DNA of 64,000 nt from assembly GCA_048268245.1 (NCBI GenBank), contig JBLWVX010000006.1:1-64000 (forward strand). The letters run 5' to 3'. Of this stretch, positions 1-10,270 are shown piece by piece. Below the pieces are notes generated by a model, which was not told the DNA's origin, did not search any database, and saw nothing but the letters and a program-made list of their open reading frames with translations. This DNA is from Arcobacteraceae bacterium. Lineage in GTDB: Bacteria; Campylobacterota; Campylobacteria; Campylobacterales; Arcobacteraceae. The stretch's first letter is position 1; each line of letters begins with the position of its first letter. The translations under genes were made by a program, and so were the position numbers.

Positions 1-118
1 TTCAGTGAGATTATGGAAAAATATACTAAGTGATTAAAAAGTAACTGGTGGGTTTACACAGTTTAATTTACAGGGTCAATAAATCTAAATTTTATTCATA
101 CTAAACTTAATTAAAATC

Positions 119-1171
119 TTAAAAAATATCTGTTGTTTTCTCTAACTTATCTTTATCAAAATGAGTATAAATCCTAGATGTATTTATATCTGCATGACCA
201 AGTGATTCTTGTACAAGAATTAAGTCTTTGTTTTTTTGATAAAGTAGGGTGGCAAAAGTATGTCTTAGCATATGAGCTCCATTCTTTTCTTTTCTAATCC
301 CTACACTTAAAAGTATTTTCTCAACAATACTACTTATATATGCTTGACTTAAAGCTTTTCCTTTTTGATTACAAAATAAAAGATTGTTTTCACAGCATTT
401 TATACTAAACCATTCATCAAGGTCTTTTTTTATGATATTTTCTTTTATCATAACAACTCGGGGTTTATTACCTTTTCCTCTAACTTGAATTATAAAAGCA
501 TCACCATCTTTGTTGAAATCTTTTAAATCAATATTTATAGCTTCACTAACTCTTATTCCTGTATAGAGGATAGTTTTAATTACAAGTCTATTTCTAGCAG
601 CAATCTTTGCACTAAATGGGTACTCATTTATACCTTCAATAAATCTTTGAACTTCTTCTTTTTGCATAAATGAGGGCAGTTTAGTACCACTTTTCCCTGA
701 TAAACCACCCCAGTTTTTAAGCTCAATACCATATCTATATACATAACTATTGTTTTCTTCATTTTGTTTATCAATATAACCAAAGAAAGTAACAAGAGCT
801 ATTCTATAGTTTTTTTTTGTTGCATCAGATAGGGTGCTTGTTTCAGTTGCTAAAAAGTCACTTAGTAACTCTTCATCAATTTCTTTCATTGATGAAGCAC
901 CAAAGTTAATCATGAATTTATATAGTTTCTCCAAAGGTATGTAGTATACATGAATACTATTGATACCAATATTTCTCACTTCTTTTACTGTAAACTTTAA
1001 ATCATCGATAGATTTAAAACCTTTTATAAGCTCCTTTAAAATTTGAGCCAGTCTGTCTTTGTCTTTTACTTGTCTATTTGATAAACTTGTGATTTTACTT
1101 CTAATAAATCTTGATAACCAAAATAAATATGTATCGCTAAATGTTGCTTCACAATCTAATGGATATTTCAC
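119..1171 (-). CDS. xerH: XerH-type tyrosine site-specific recombinase
   Basis: Catalytic motifs TGIRVSE, GKGNK, HMLRH, LGH, IYTH. 350 aa with the MKYPLDC...FWL N-terminus typical of Campylobacterota XerH. GTG start. Confidence 0.9.
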   Translation of the reverse strand: MKYPLDCEATFSDTYLFWLSRFIRSKITSLSNRQVKDKDRLAQILKELIKGFKSIDDLKFTVKEVRNIGINSIHVYYIPLEKLYKFMINFGASSMKEIDEELLSDFLATETSTLSDATKKNYRIALVTFFGYIDKQNEENNSYVYRYGIELKNWGGLSGKSGTKLPSFMQKEEVQRFIEGINEYPFSAKIAARNRLVIKTILYTGIRVSEAINIDLKDFNKDGDAFIIQVRGKGNKPRVVMIKENIIKKDLDEWFSIKCCENNLLFCNQKGKALSQAYISSIVEKILLSVGIRKEKNGAHMLRHTFATLLYQKNKDLILVQESLGHADINTSRIYTHFDKDKLEKTTDIF

Positions 1172-1189
1172 ACTATACCTTTAAATTTA

Positions 1190-1230
1190 TATTTTACTTT
1201 TGGAAACTATAATTTCCAAACTATTATATT
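1190..1230. other. Putative difH chromosome dimer resolution site
   Basis: TTTGGAAA-CTATAA-TTTCCAAA (1199-1220): inverted arms with a 6-bp spacer in AT-rich flanks, resembling the Campylobacterota difH core, immediately upstream of xerH. Confidence 0.7.
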
Positions 1231-1297
1231 TAAAGTAATTAGTAAACTACTAGGCTTATAATAAGTCTATATTTAACTCTTTTAAAAGCTTGTCTGA

Positions 1298-1576
1298 TTA
1301 CCAAAAACTTCCAGTTTCATAAGGGTTTTCTTTCTGATTGTCTAACTCTAAATATACATTATCACTATAATCTATGTATAAGCTATAATCCCCTATGTAA
1401 ACACTTTTTTCTATTTGTGATTTGTTTAAATAAGCATCTTCACTATATTGGCTTAAGTCCGATAGGTAGTATTCTACCATAGAAGGTGCCATATTATTTA
1501 CAGCATCTTCAAGGCAGTTGAAGTCATCGACTCCAAAAGTATTATACAAAGAATTTTTATTTAGTAGTATTGTCAT
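1298..1576 (-). CDS. Hypothetical acidic protein (92 aa)
   Basis: ORF in the same-strand gene run with protein-like composition; no motif recognised. Confidence 0.7.
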   Translation of the reverse strand: MTILLNKNSLYNTFGVDDFNCLEDAVNNMAPSMVEYYLSDLSQYSEDAYLNKSQIEKSVYIGDYSLYIDYSDNVYLELDNQKENPYETGSFW

Positions 1577-1591
1577 TTTATCTTTTCAATT

Positions 1592-2155
1592 TTAGTTATT
1601 AAATCCATTTAACAATGATGCCATTCTATTTAAATCAATTTTATTATCATTAGAGTCATCTTCTTTACGTTCCTCAACTTTTAAGCCAAGGTTGTCAAAA
1701 GAGCTTAATGCACTATTTTCTTCACCCTCTTCTTTTTTATCGTGGCTTGCAACATTTAGATTGTTATTGGTGTTTTCATCTTTTTTGTCAAAGTTGTTGT
1801 TGGAATTGTTGTTATGATTTGAGTTTTTGTTTTCATTTTTTTCTTCTTCTTTGTCTGAATTATGTTTATTTTCAGAACTATTTCCTGAGTTTAATAAAGA
1901 CTCAATTTTTCCAAGCATAGATGAAATATTAGAGTTGTCTTTCTCTTTATTTTCATTAAACTCTTCTAAATTACTCTCTAATTCCATTTTTTGTAACTCT
2001 AAATCTTCTTTAGCAGACTCTAATTCTAGAACTTCATCCTCTAATTCAGTTATTCTGTTTTTTAAACCATCATTATCATTTTGAAGTTCTTCATATGCAT
2101 TTATTAGTGTATTTAAAGCATTATTTAATTTTGAAATTGTTTCTGCATTTGTCAT
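1592..2155 (-). CDS. Coiled-coil protein with Asn/Glu-rich low-complexity linker
   Basis: Heptad-rich N-terminal half, N/E/K-rich middle, AAGGA RBS upstream. Confidence 0.75.
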   Translation of the reverse strand: MTNAETISKLNNALNTLINAYEELQNDNDGLKNRITELEDEVLELESAKEDLELQKMELESNLEEFNENKEKDNSNISSMLGKIESLLNSGNSSENKHNSDKEEEKNENKNSNHNNNSNNNFDKKDENTNNNLNVASHDKKEEGEENSALSSFDNLGLKVEERKEDDSNDNKIDLNRMASLLNGFNN

Positions 2156-2206
2156 TGTTATAAAATCCTTGTTTGTATTATAATTAAAAGTGTATTATTG
2201 CAAATT

Positions 2207-4180
2207 TTAGCTAATAATTCCATCAATTTTTAATAAAGAATCAACACTTGCTTGTCTTTGTGCAAAATCAAAGAATAATTCATCCATATTTTTTGAACCA
2301 CCCTTGCTTAATATTGTATCTTTATACTTAACTGCTAACTCCTTGTTAAATACATTTCCTGAATCAATAAACATATAAAATGCATCAGCACTTAAAACTT
2401 CAGCCCATTTATAAGAATAGTACCCAGCAGCGTATCCCCCAGCAAAAATATGTGAAAAACCATTTTGGAATTTATTATAAGAAGGAGGTGTAATTGCTGC
2501 AAATTCTTTTCTTACATTATCTAATACTTCTTGAACTTCTTCTTCTGTTTTGTATAACTTTTGATATAGCTTAAAATCAAACAGTGCAAACTCAATTTGT
2601 CTAACTAAAGATAAAGATGACTGGAAGTTTTTAGCTTTTATGATTCTATTAATTGCTTCATCATCTAAAACTTCTTTTGTTTCATAGTGTTTTGCAAATA
2701 GTTTTAATATATCTTTATCATAAGAGAAATACTCTAAGAATTGAGAAGGAAACTCTACTGTATCCCATGCAACACCTGAAATACCACTTACATAAGCTTC
2801 TGTTACTTCACTTAATAAATGATGTAAAGCATGACCCATTTCATGGAAAAGAGTAACAACATCAGAATGTCTAAGAAGAGAAGGTGTTGTTTCTGTTGAT
2901 TGAGGGAAGTTACATACTATATAAGCTGTTGGAAGATGAGTAACACCTTTTGAATCTGTATAGTGTGAATGCCAGTTGTTCATCCAAGCACCACCTCTTT
3001 TATCTTTTCTTGCTTCTAAGTCTAAATAGATTCTAGAACTTAATTTACCATTCGAACTGATATTATAAACTCTAACTTTTTCATCCCAAGCAGGGGCATC
3101 AACTTTTTCAAATTTAATATCAAAGATTTTGTTTAAGAAATCAAAGAATCCGTTTAAAACTGATTCTTGTTCAAAATATGGTCTGTAATATTCTTCATCT
3201 AAATCATATTTGGCTTTTTTAAGTTTTTCAGAATAGTAAGCCATATCTGATGATCTAAACTCTTCTTTTGATATACCATCTTCAAATGCTATTTGTTTAA
3301 TCTCTTCTAACTCTTCTTTTGCTTTAGCTTTTCCTTTATGACCTAATTCTTCTAAGAAAGATACAACTTCATCTTCTGTTTTAGCCATTTTAGTTGATAA
3401 AGAGTATTGAGCATAAGACTCAAAACCTAAAATTTTAACTTTTTCATCTTTTAGTTTTAAAATCTCTTCAATGATTTTTCCATTTTGAGGAGCTCTTGTA
3501 CAATAAGCTTTATAGATTTCTTCTCTTTTTTCTCTGTTTGTACCATAAGTGATATATGCTAAATAAGATGGAATTTGTAATGTGAATTTATATTTAGTCT
3601 TTCCATCTTCTTCAAATTTTGCTAACTCTAAATCTGACTTTGGAATCTCTTTTACATCTTCAAAATCTTCAATTATCATTTCCCATGAATTTGTAGCATC
3701 TAAAAGGTTATGTGAGAAGCTTTGTGATAGTTCACTAAGCTTTAAATTTAATTCTTCTAATCTTTTCTTTTTGTTATTATTTAAATGACAACCAGAAAGT
3801 TTGAAGTCTCTAATTTCATTTTCTAACACTTTATTTTGTATATCATTTAAAGTACTTTTTTCATTAGACTGTATATTGCTTAAAGCATTATATATATTTT
3901 CATTTTGACTAATCTCTGTTTCATATTTTGAGATAATAGGAAGACATTCTTCATATACTTTTCTTGTTATTTCTGAGTTTTTTACAGAATCAATATGAAA
4001 AATAGGAGTTAGAAAATCGTTTATTCTCTCCCCTACTTCTTGATATGGTGTTACAAAATTTTTGTATGTTTTTTCTTCAATATATAAAAGTTCTTTTATC
4101 TTCGTTCTACTTTCATCTAATAGTTCTTGTAATATATCTTTTGAATTTTCTAAATTTTCTAAATTAAAATCTTTAAACAT
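2207..4180 (-). CDS. prlC: Oligopeptidase A (M3 family metallopeptidase)
   Basis: TLFHEMGHALH (HExxH), KRGGAWM, VEFPSQ, GYAAGYYSYKWAE. Confidence 0.9.
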   Translation of the reverse strand: MFKDFNLENLENSKDILQELLDESRTKIKELLYIEEKTYKNFVTPYQEVGERINDFLTPIFHIDSVKNSEITRKVYEECLPIISKYETEISQNENIYNALSNIQSNEKSTLNDIQNKVLENEIRDFKLSGCHLNNNKKKRLEELNLKLSELSQSFSHNLLDATNSWEMIIEDFEDVKEIPKSDLELAKFEEDGKTKYKFTLQIPSYLAYITYGTNREKREEIYKAYCTRAPQNGKIIEEILKLKDEKVKILGFESYAQYSLSTKMAKTEDEVVSFLEELGHKGKAKAKEELEEIKQIAFEDGISKEEFRSSDMAYYSEKLKKAKYDLDEEYYRPYFEQESVLNGFFDFLNKIFDIKFEKVDAPAWDEKVRVYNISSNGKLSSRIYLDLEARKDKRGGAWMNNWHSHYTDSKGVTHLPTAYIVCNFPQSTETTPSLLRHSDVVTLFHEMGHALHHLLSEVTEAYVSGISGVAWDTVEFPSQFLEYFSYDKDILKLFAKHYETKEVLDDEAINRIIKAKNFQSSLSLVRQIEFALFDFKLYQKLYKTEEEVQEVLDNVRKEFAAITPPSYNKFQNGFSHIFAGGYAAGYYSYKWAEVLSADAFYMFIDSGNVFNKELAVKYKDTILSKGGSKNMDELFFDFAQRQASVDSLLKIDGIIS

Positions 4181-4191
4181 TTAATCTCCTT

Positions 4192-5016
4192 TTATTTTTT
4201 AAATTGTACAGTAAAACCTCTATCAAACTTTTCATAGTCTTGATAAAAGCTATACTTTTTAATATTAAACTTTTTGAAATACTCTTCAAGTGGTTTCTTT
4301 TGGTCGTAACCCATTTCACATAAAAGATACTCTATTTTTCTTTTATATGTTTCATCAATAATATCTTTTAGAAGTTCATCCCCAACTTTTCCTCCAAATA
4401 ATGCGTTTGATGGCTCAAACTTTACATTTTTGGGAAGTTCATAGTCATCTGCTATATATGGAGGGTTTGATATTGTCATATCTATATCTTCATTTACTTT
4501 TTCATATAAATTACTTAATCTAAATTCTATTTTATGCTCAACACTATGCTTCTTAGCATTTTGTTTAGCTAATTCGATTGCTTTTTCGTTTATATCTACA
4601 GCAATTATTGATATGTCTTCTATTAATAAAGCTAGCATTACAGAAATAATCCCAGAACCTGTTCCTATTTCTAGTACTTTAAATGCTCTATTTTCTTTTT
4701 TTATGATTTCAACGGCATTTTCTACTAATATTTCTGTTTCTGGTCTTGGAATTAAAACTCCTTCTTTTACCAAAAAGTTTTCACCATAAAAAGTTGCTTT
4801 ATTTATAAGATACTCTATTGGATAGTTTGTTTCTCTTTTTTTTATTAGTTTTTCTAACTCTTTTTCTTTTGTAAACTCTTGATTATAATTTAAATGAAGC
4901 CAAATAGTGTTTTTATCTAATAAATGCATCATTAAAATTTCTACTTCTTTAGCAGGTATGTGTGTTACATACTTTAGCCTTGAAGATTGTTTTTTTATTG
5001 TTTCTTTTATTGTCAT
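4192..5016 (-). CDS. prmC: Release factor glutamine methyltransferase
   Basis: VLIPRPETE, EIGTGSG, SNPPY. Confidence 0.93.
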   Translation of the reverse strand: MTIKETIKKQSSRLKYVTHIPAKEVEILMMHLLDKNTIWLHLNYNQEFTKEKELEKLIKKRETNYPIEYLINKATFYGENFLVKEGVLIPRPETEILVENAVEIIKKENRAFKVLEIGTGSGIISVMLALLIEDISIIAVDINEKAIELAKQNAKKHSVEHKIEFRLSNLYEKVNEDIDMTISNPPYIADDYELPKNVKFEPSNALFGGKVGDELLKDIIDETYKRKIEYLLCEMGYDQKKPLEEYFKKFNIKKYSFYQDYEKFDRGFTVQFKK

Positions 5017-5064
5017 AGTTTTTAAATCCTTTAAAACTTGTAATTATAGTAAAAAGAGTTTTTA

Positions 5065-6132
5065 TTAGCCTAAAATGTATAAAGCTAACTCATCAGATAG
5101 TAAAAACTCTTTGTTATAGATTCTATTACCTATTTTTTCTATTTTTTCGTATTCTATTAAGTCTTTTATTTTTTCAAGTTCTTTTTCGTTAAAAATTGAT
5201 AAGTCAACTCCATTTGAACATCTAAAACCTAAAAGTGTTTTTTCTGTTTTTATATCATCTAAATTTAACTCTTCGAACTCTATATTTAAAGGATTTTCTA
5301 TATACTCTTCAATACTTTTTGTTGGGTATCTTCTATTATTTTCATAGTACCCAACTGCTCCTGCACCAATTCCTAAATACTCTTTATGTTCCCAATATCC
5401 ATAATTATGTTTTGATTCAAACTCTTTTGCTATTGCAAAATTTGAGATTTCATATTGAGTAAAACCTTTTGAATGAATATAATCAAAAATCTCTTTTGAT
5501 AACTCTTCATCATCTATTTTTACACTACTCCTATCAAAGAATTTTGTACCTTCTTCTATAGTTAAAGAGTAAGCACTTAAGTGAGTAATAGGTAGACTAA
5601 AAGCTGTATCAAAATCCTCTTTCATTGATGATAAAGTATCACCTTGCACTCCATAAATTATATCGCAGTTAATGCCATTAAAACCTATACAACTGGCATT
5701 TTGTATAGCTTTTATAGCACTTTTACTATTATGTGAACGACCTAGGAATTTTAGCTTATCTTGATGGAAACTTTGTACTCCAAAACTTATTCTATTTACT
5801 CCTAAATCAAACATACCTTTTTGCCAATCAAAAGAAGCAGAGTTTGGATTTGCTTCAGTTGTAATCTCAGCATCTTTTTTTAGATAAGGTTTTATTAATT
5901 CAAAAACCTTTTCATATTCATGGAATTTTATTGTTGATGGAGTTCCTCCTCCAATAAAAACAGTTTCTATTTCTTTATTATTTTTCTCAACATAATTTTG
6001 TAACTCATGTTTTAATTGTTTTTTTAAAGCCTGCATGTACTGCTGTTTTAAGTGAAACCTATCTGTATAGGAGTTGAAAGCACAATAGAAGCACTTACTA
6101 TCACAAAATGGTATATGTATGTATAAAAGCAA
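5065..6132 (-). CDS. hemW: Radical SAM heme chaperone HemW (HemN-like)
   Basis: YIHIPFCDSKCFYCAF, GGGTPS, YEISNF, HNxxYW. Lacks the HemN N-terminal PGPRYTSYP. Confidence 0.85.
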   Translation of the reverse strand: MLLYIHIPFCDSKCFYCAFNSYTDRFHLKQQYMQALKKQLKHELQNYVEKNNKEIETVFIGGGTPSTIKFHEYEKVFELIKPYLKKDAEITTEANPNSASFDWQKGMFDLGVNRISFGVQSFHQDKLKFLGRSHNSKSAIKAIQNASCIGFNGINCDIIYGVQGDTLSSMKEDFDTAFSLPITHLSAYSLTIEEGTKFFDRSSVKIDDEELSKEIFDYIHSKGFTQYEISNFAIAKEFESKHNYGYWEHKEYLGIGAGAVGYYENNRRYPTKSIEEYIENPLNIEFEELNLDDIKTEKTLLGFRCSNGVDLSIFNEKELEKIKDLIEYEKIEKIGNRIYNKEFLLSDELALYILG

Positions 6133-6187
6133 TTTTTAATCCTAGTAATTATATAATATCGGGCTAATTATAAGGGAAAATATATTT

Positions 6188-6685
6188 ATGACTGATAAAA
6201 ACGAAAAAAAAACAAATAATGAGAAGAAAAACTTTAGACCTAATGTAGCAGCAATTGTACTATCAGCGAAATACCCTCATACATGTGAAATTTTTATTGC
6301 TTCAAGAACTGATGTGGAAAATGCATGGCAATTTCCTCAAGGTGGAATAGACGATGGAGAGAGTGCTAAAGAGGCTCTATACAGAGAACTTGAAGAAGAG
6401 ATTGGCACAAGAGAAGTAGAGATTATTGCAGAGTATCCCAAATGGGTATCTTATGAGTTTCCTCCTGCAATTGCAAAGAAAATGCAACCTTATGATGGTC
6501 AAATACAAAAATATTTTTTAGTTAAGCTAAAAAAAGGTGCAAAGATAAACATTGACACAGAAATACCTGAGTTTAGTGAATATAAGTTTGTACCAACAAA
6601 AAATATATACGATTATATAACATTTTTTAAACGAACTGTTTACAAACAAGTTTTAAAATATTTTAGAAATGAAGGTTATATTTAA
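6188..6685 (+). CDS. rppH: RNA pyrophosphohydrolase (Nudix)
   Basis: FRPNV, WQFPQGGIDDGE...RELEEEIG Nudix box, GQIQKYF. Confidence 0.93.
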   Translation: MTDKNEKKTNNEKKNFRPNVAAIVLSAKYPHTCEIFIASRTDVENAWQFPQGGIDDGESAKEALYRELEEEIGTREVEIIAEYPKWVSYEFPPAIAKKMQPYDGQIQKYFLVKLKKGAKINIDTEIPEFSEYKFVPTKNIYDYITFFKRTVYKQVLKYFRNEGYI

Positions 6686-6702
6686 GAAGGATAATGAATT
6701 AG

Positions 6703-7914
6703 ATGTTAAAAGTACTTAAGTTTGGTGGAACAAGTGTAGGAACACTTGAAAGAATTCAAAACGTTGCAAATATTATAAAAAAAATTAAAGATGAAGGTCA
6801 TGATGTTATTGCTGTAGTTTCAGCAATGAGTGGAGAGACTAACAAATTAATTGAGTATGCTAATACTTTTTCAAATGACCCAAAATCAGATGAAATGGAT
6901 ATGCTATTAAGTTCAGGTGAAAGAGTAACATCTGCACTACTTTCTATTGCTTTAAATGAACAAGGCTATAAAGCTTGTTCTATGAGTGGTAGACAAGCAG
7001 GTATTGTTACAGATAATGCACACACTAAAGCTAGAATTGAATCTATTGATACTAAAGGTATGAAAGATGCAATTAGTGAAGGTAATGTAATTATTGTTGC
7101 AGGTTTCCAAGGTGTAGCTCAAGATACAAATAGAGTTTCTACTTTAGGTAGAGGTGGAAGTGACTTAACGGCTGTTGCAATTGCAGGAGCTATTGAAGCT
7201 GATGTATGTGAGATTTACACTGATGTAGATGGAATTTATACTACTGATCCAAGAATTGAACCAAAAGCTAAAAAGCTTGATAAAATTTCATATGATGAAA
7301 TGTTAGAGTTAGCATCTTTAGGTGCAAAGGTTTTACAAAACAGATCTGTAGAAATGGCAAAAAAATTGAATGTAAATTTAGTATCAAGAAGTAGCTTCAC
7401 GCCAGAAGTTGAAGGTACATTAATAACAAAGGAAGAAAATATTATGGAAAAACCAGTTGTAAGTGGTATTGCTTTAGACAAAAACCAAATAAGAGTAGGA
7501 ATGTATGGTGTAACAGATAAGCCAGGAATTGCAGCATCTATTTTTACTTCACTTGCAGATAATAATATTAATGTTGATATGATAGTTCAAACAGTTGGTG
7601 TTGATGGAACAACTGATTTAGATTTTACTATTCCAACAACAGATTTTGAAGCTTGTAAAAAAGTAATGGAAAAGTTCAAAAATGATGCAAAAAATATTGA
7701 CTATAATGATGCAATTTGTAAAGTGTCAATTGTAGGTGTTGGTATGAAATCACATACGGGAGTTGCATCTAAAGCATTCTCTACATTAGCAAATGAAAAC
7801 ATCAATATAAGAATCATCTCAACTTCTGAGATTAAAATCTCTATGATTATTGAAGAGAAATATGCAGAATTAGCTGTTAGATCTTTACATGAAGCATACG
7901 AACTGGATAAGTAA
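6703..7914 (+). CDS. lysC: Aspartate kinase
   Basis: KFGGTSV, TLGRGGSD, DVDGIYTTDP, two C-terminal ACT domains. Confidence 0.95.
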   Translation: MLKVLKFGGTSVGTLERIQNVANIIKKIKDEGHDVIAVVSAMSGETNKLIEYANTFSNDPKSDEMDMLLSSGERVTSALLSIALNEQGYKACSMSGRQAGIVTDNAHTKARIESIDTKGMKDAISEGNVIIVAGFQGVAQDTNRVSTLGRGGSDLTAVAIAGAIEADVCEIYTDVDGIYTTDPRIEPKAKKLDKISYDEMLELASLGAKVLQNRSVEMAKKLNVNLVSRSSFTPEVEGTLITKEENIMEKPVVSGIALDKNQIRVGMYGVTDKPGIAASIFTSLADNNINVDMIVQTVGVDGTTDLDFTIPTTDFEACKKVMEKFKNDAKNIDYNDAICKVSIVGVGMKSHTGVASKAFSTLANENINIRIISTSEIKISMIIEEKYAELAVRSLHEAYELDK

Positions 7915-7916
7915 CA

Positions 7917-8468
7917 GTGCAAGAGTTTTTAAACTGGACAGTTGATTCAATCAGGGAAGATAGACTTATCTCTCCTTGGTTGGAAGAAAAAAAATATGAA
8001 TGGACACCTTTAGTATCTAAAAATATTGTAAATCTTTTAGAAAAAGGTTGTTCTGTAATTGTATTAACTGATAAAGAAAGAGAATGGTATTTAGAGTATG
8101 TATTAACTCATATAAACTCTCCTAAATTAAATAGACCATTTTTACCTTTTTATGATTTTAAATCATTTTATAAATACATAGACAATATAAAATCAGATGA
8201 TGATATAGCTTACATTAAAGATATGTTAAATATTTCATTTCCAAATGGATATGTGTTTTGGTATATTGGAAAAAGTCAAGATCCAAGAGCTATTATCCCA
8301 AAAGTTTCTAAGAACTCTTTTTTATGGTTGTTTGATGAAGAGAAACAAGATGCTTTTAATCTTAGAAGTACTGATGAAGCTTTAGATATGAAGTTATTAC
8401 AAATGTTTAGACTTTATAATAAAACAGTTAGTGCAGCACTATTTGCTCAAATAAATGTGGAACATTAG
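7917..8468 (+). CDS. hobA: HobA DnaA-binding replication initiation regulator
   Basis: WLEEKKYEW, RPFLP, FWYIGK; conserved position between lysC and holB. Confidence 0.85.
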   Translation: MQEFLNWTVDSIREDRLISPWLEEKKYEWTPLVSKNIVNLLEKGCSVIVLTDKEREWYLEYVLTHINSPKLNRPFLPFYDFKSFYKYIDNIKSDDDIAYIKDMLNISFPNGYVFWYIGKSQDPRAIIPKVSKNSFLWLFDEEKQDAFNLRSTDEALDMKLLQMFRLYNKTVSAALFAQINVEH

Positions 8469-8474
8469 TAAACT

Positions 8475-9107
8475 ATGATTACACAAATAATTGAAAACTC
8501 AACTATACTTGTTGTAAATGATTTAGAAACAACATTAAATGAGTTAATTCCTTTTTATCCTAAACACTTAGTAAGGATTATAAAAAATGAGGAAAAAGAT
8601 GAGTTTTTAATTGCTCAAGCTAATCTTGCTATAAAAGAAGCCTATATTGCTTCAAATGAGAAAAAATATATTTTTTTATGTGGTTCAGTATTTAGAAATG
8701 AAGCACAAAACTCTTTATTAAAAGTTTTAGAAGAACCACCTAAAAATGTAGTTTTTATTTTAATAACAACTTCAAAGTCATCTATATTGCCTACTATTTA
8801 TTCTAGAATGCCCTATAAGTATTTAAAAACATCTACTTTTAAAGAAGTATCACCTTTAGATATAGCAAAACTAGATTTAAAAGATATATACAGCTTTTTA
8901 AAGCAGAATCAGAAAATATCTAAAAATGAAGCAAAAGAGTTGATAGAATCAATTTTACTTAAAGTTAAAGAACAAAATCTTTTATTAGATGAGTCTCAAT
9001 TAAATATATTTTCAAAATCAATAAAATTAATAGAGTTAAACGCAAGACCTATTAATGTTTTAACTACCCTACTTTTATCTTTATCAAAACAAAAAAAATC
9101 TTTTTAA
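8475..9107 (+). CDS. holB: DNA polymerase III delta' subunit
   Basis: EAQNSLLKVLEEPP...ILPTIYSR. Confidence 0.88.
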   Translation: MITQIIENSTILVVNDLETTLNELIPFYPKHLVRIIKNEEKDEFLIAQANLAIKEAYIASNEKKYIFLCGSVFRNEAQNSLLKVLEEPPKNVVFILITTSKSSILPTIYSRMPYKYLKTSTFKEVSPLDIAKLDLKDIYSFLKQNQKISKNEAKELIESILLKVKEQNLLLDESQLNIFSKSIKLIELNARPINVLTTLLLSLSKQKKSF

Positions 9108-9116
9108 AGGATTTGT

Positions 9117-10256
9117 ATGCAAACATACAAAATATCAATAAATGATGCAAAAAAACTTTTTACACAATTAGATTGTGATAAAGGTGGTATAAGTATACTT
9201 TCAAAAAAAGCAAAACTTCATAGTTTATATATAAAACAGATGCATGTTGGTGCTGCTAATATTTTAAAACAAGATGCTTTATCTATAGGTGCTGATTTAG
9301 CAGTTCCTACAGGAGTAATAACAGCAAAAGAAAAATATGTAGATGGTATTTTATTGGGTACTACAAAACATTTTGAACTTTTAGCTAGAAAGGAATTAGC
9401 TCAGCCTTTTGGTCTAAAAGACTTAGCAAAGAGTTTAAAAGAGTATATAAAAGAACATAAGTATAAAACAAAAATCATGGGTGTTTTAAATGCAAATGAA
9501 GATTCATTTTTTAAAGATAGTAGATTTAGTTCTAAACAAGCTAGTCAAAAAATAGAATTAATGATTGACGATGGTGCAAATATTATAGATATAGGAGCAG
9601 TTTCTTCAAGACCTGGAAGTATTCCAGTTGAGTCAAAAGTAGAGCTTGAGAGATTAAAAGATATTGTAGATACGATTTATGAAAACAAGTATTATGAAAA
9701 GGTAGATTTCTCTATTGATTCTTACGAGCCTTTAGTTATTGATTATGTATTAAATAAGGGCTTTAAAATAGTAAATGATATTACAGGTTTAGCAAATGAT
9801 GAGGTATGTAAAATAAGTGCTTCATATAATGCTCAAGTTGTGATAATGCATATGCAAAATGACCCTAAGACAATGCAAAAAAATCCTGAGTATGAAAATA
9901 TTATATTAGATTTAGATGAGTATTTTAAAATGCAAATACAAAAAGCTAAATCTTTTGGTATTGATGATATTGTTTTAGACGTTGGTATTGGGTTTGGAAA
10001 AACATTGGAGCATAATCTAATTTTGTTAAATGATTTGGAACATTTTAAGCATTTTGGATATGAACTTTTAATAGGTGCAAGTAGAAAATCAATGATTGAT
10101 ATGATAACACCTTGTTCGATCGAGCAAAGACTTCCTGGAACTTTAGCTATTCATTTAGAATCTATAAAAAACGGAGCTTCTATTATTAGATGTCATGATG
10201 TAAAAGAACATTATCAAGCAATAAAAGTACAAGAAGCTATAAATAGTATAAACTAG
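9117..10256 (+). CDS. folP: Dihydropteroate synthase with N-terminal extension
   Basis: IMGVLNANEDSF, DIGAVSSRPG, DVGIGFGK, GASRKS, IRCHDV. Confidence 0.93.
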   Translation: MQTYKISINDAKKLFTQLDCDKGGISILSKKAKLHSLYIKQMHVGAANILKQDALSIGADLAVPTGVITAKEKYVDGILLGTTKHFELLARKELAQPFGLKDLAKSLKEYIKEHKYKTKIMGVLNANEDSFFKDSRFSSKQASQKIELMIDDGANIIDIGAVSSRPGSIPVESKVELERLKDIVDTIYENKYYEKVDFSIDSYEPLVIDYVLNKGFKIVNDITGLANDEVCKISASYNAQVVIMHMQNDPKTMQKNPEYENIILDLDEYFKMQIQKAKSFGIDDIVLDVGIGFGKTLEHNLILLNDLEHFKHFGYELLIGASRKSMIDMITPCSIEQRLPGTLAIHLESIKNGASIIRCHDVKEHYQAIKVQEAINSIN

Positions 10257-10270
10257 TTATGAGATACTTT

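Noticed and set aside
1..33. Probable 3' end of a plus-strand gene (FSEIMEKYTK*)
   Set aside because: Only 10 codons are visible, so it cannot be identified.
119..1171. Tyrosine recombinase as a prophage or island integrase
   Set aside because: The sequence fits chromosomal XerH, and no att repeats or phage cargo are visible in the window.
9117..9470. N-terminal extension of FolP as a novelty
   Set aside because: Long FolP proteins with this extension are already known in Helicobacter and Campylobacter.
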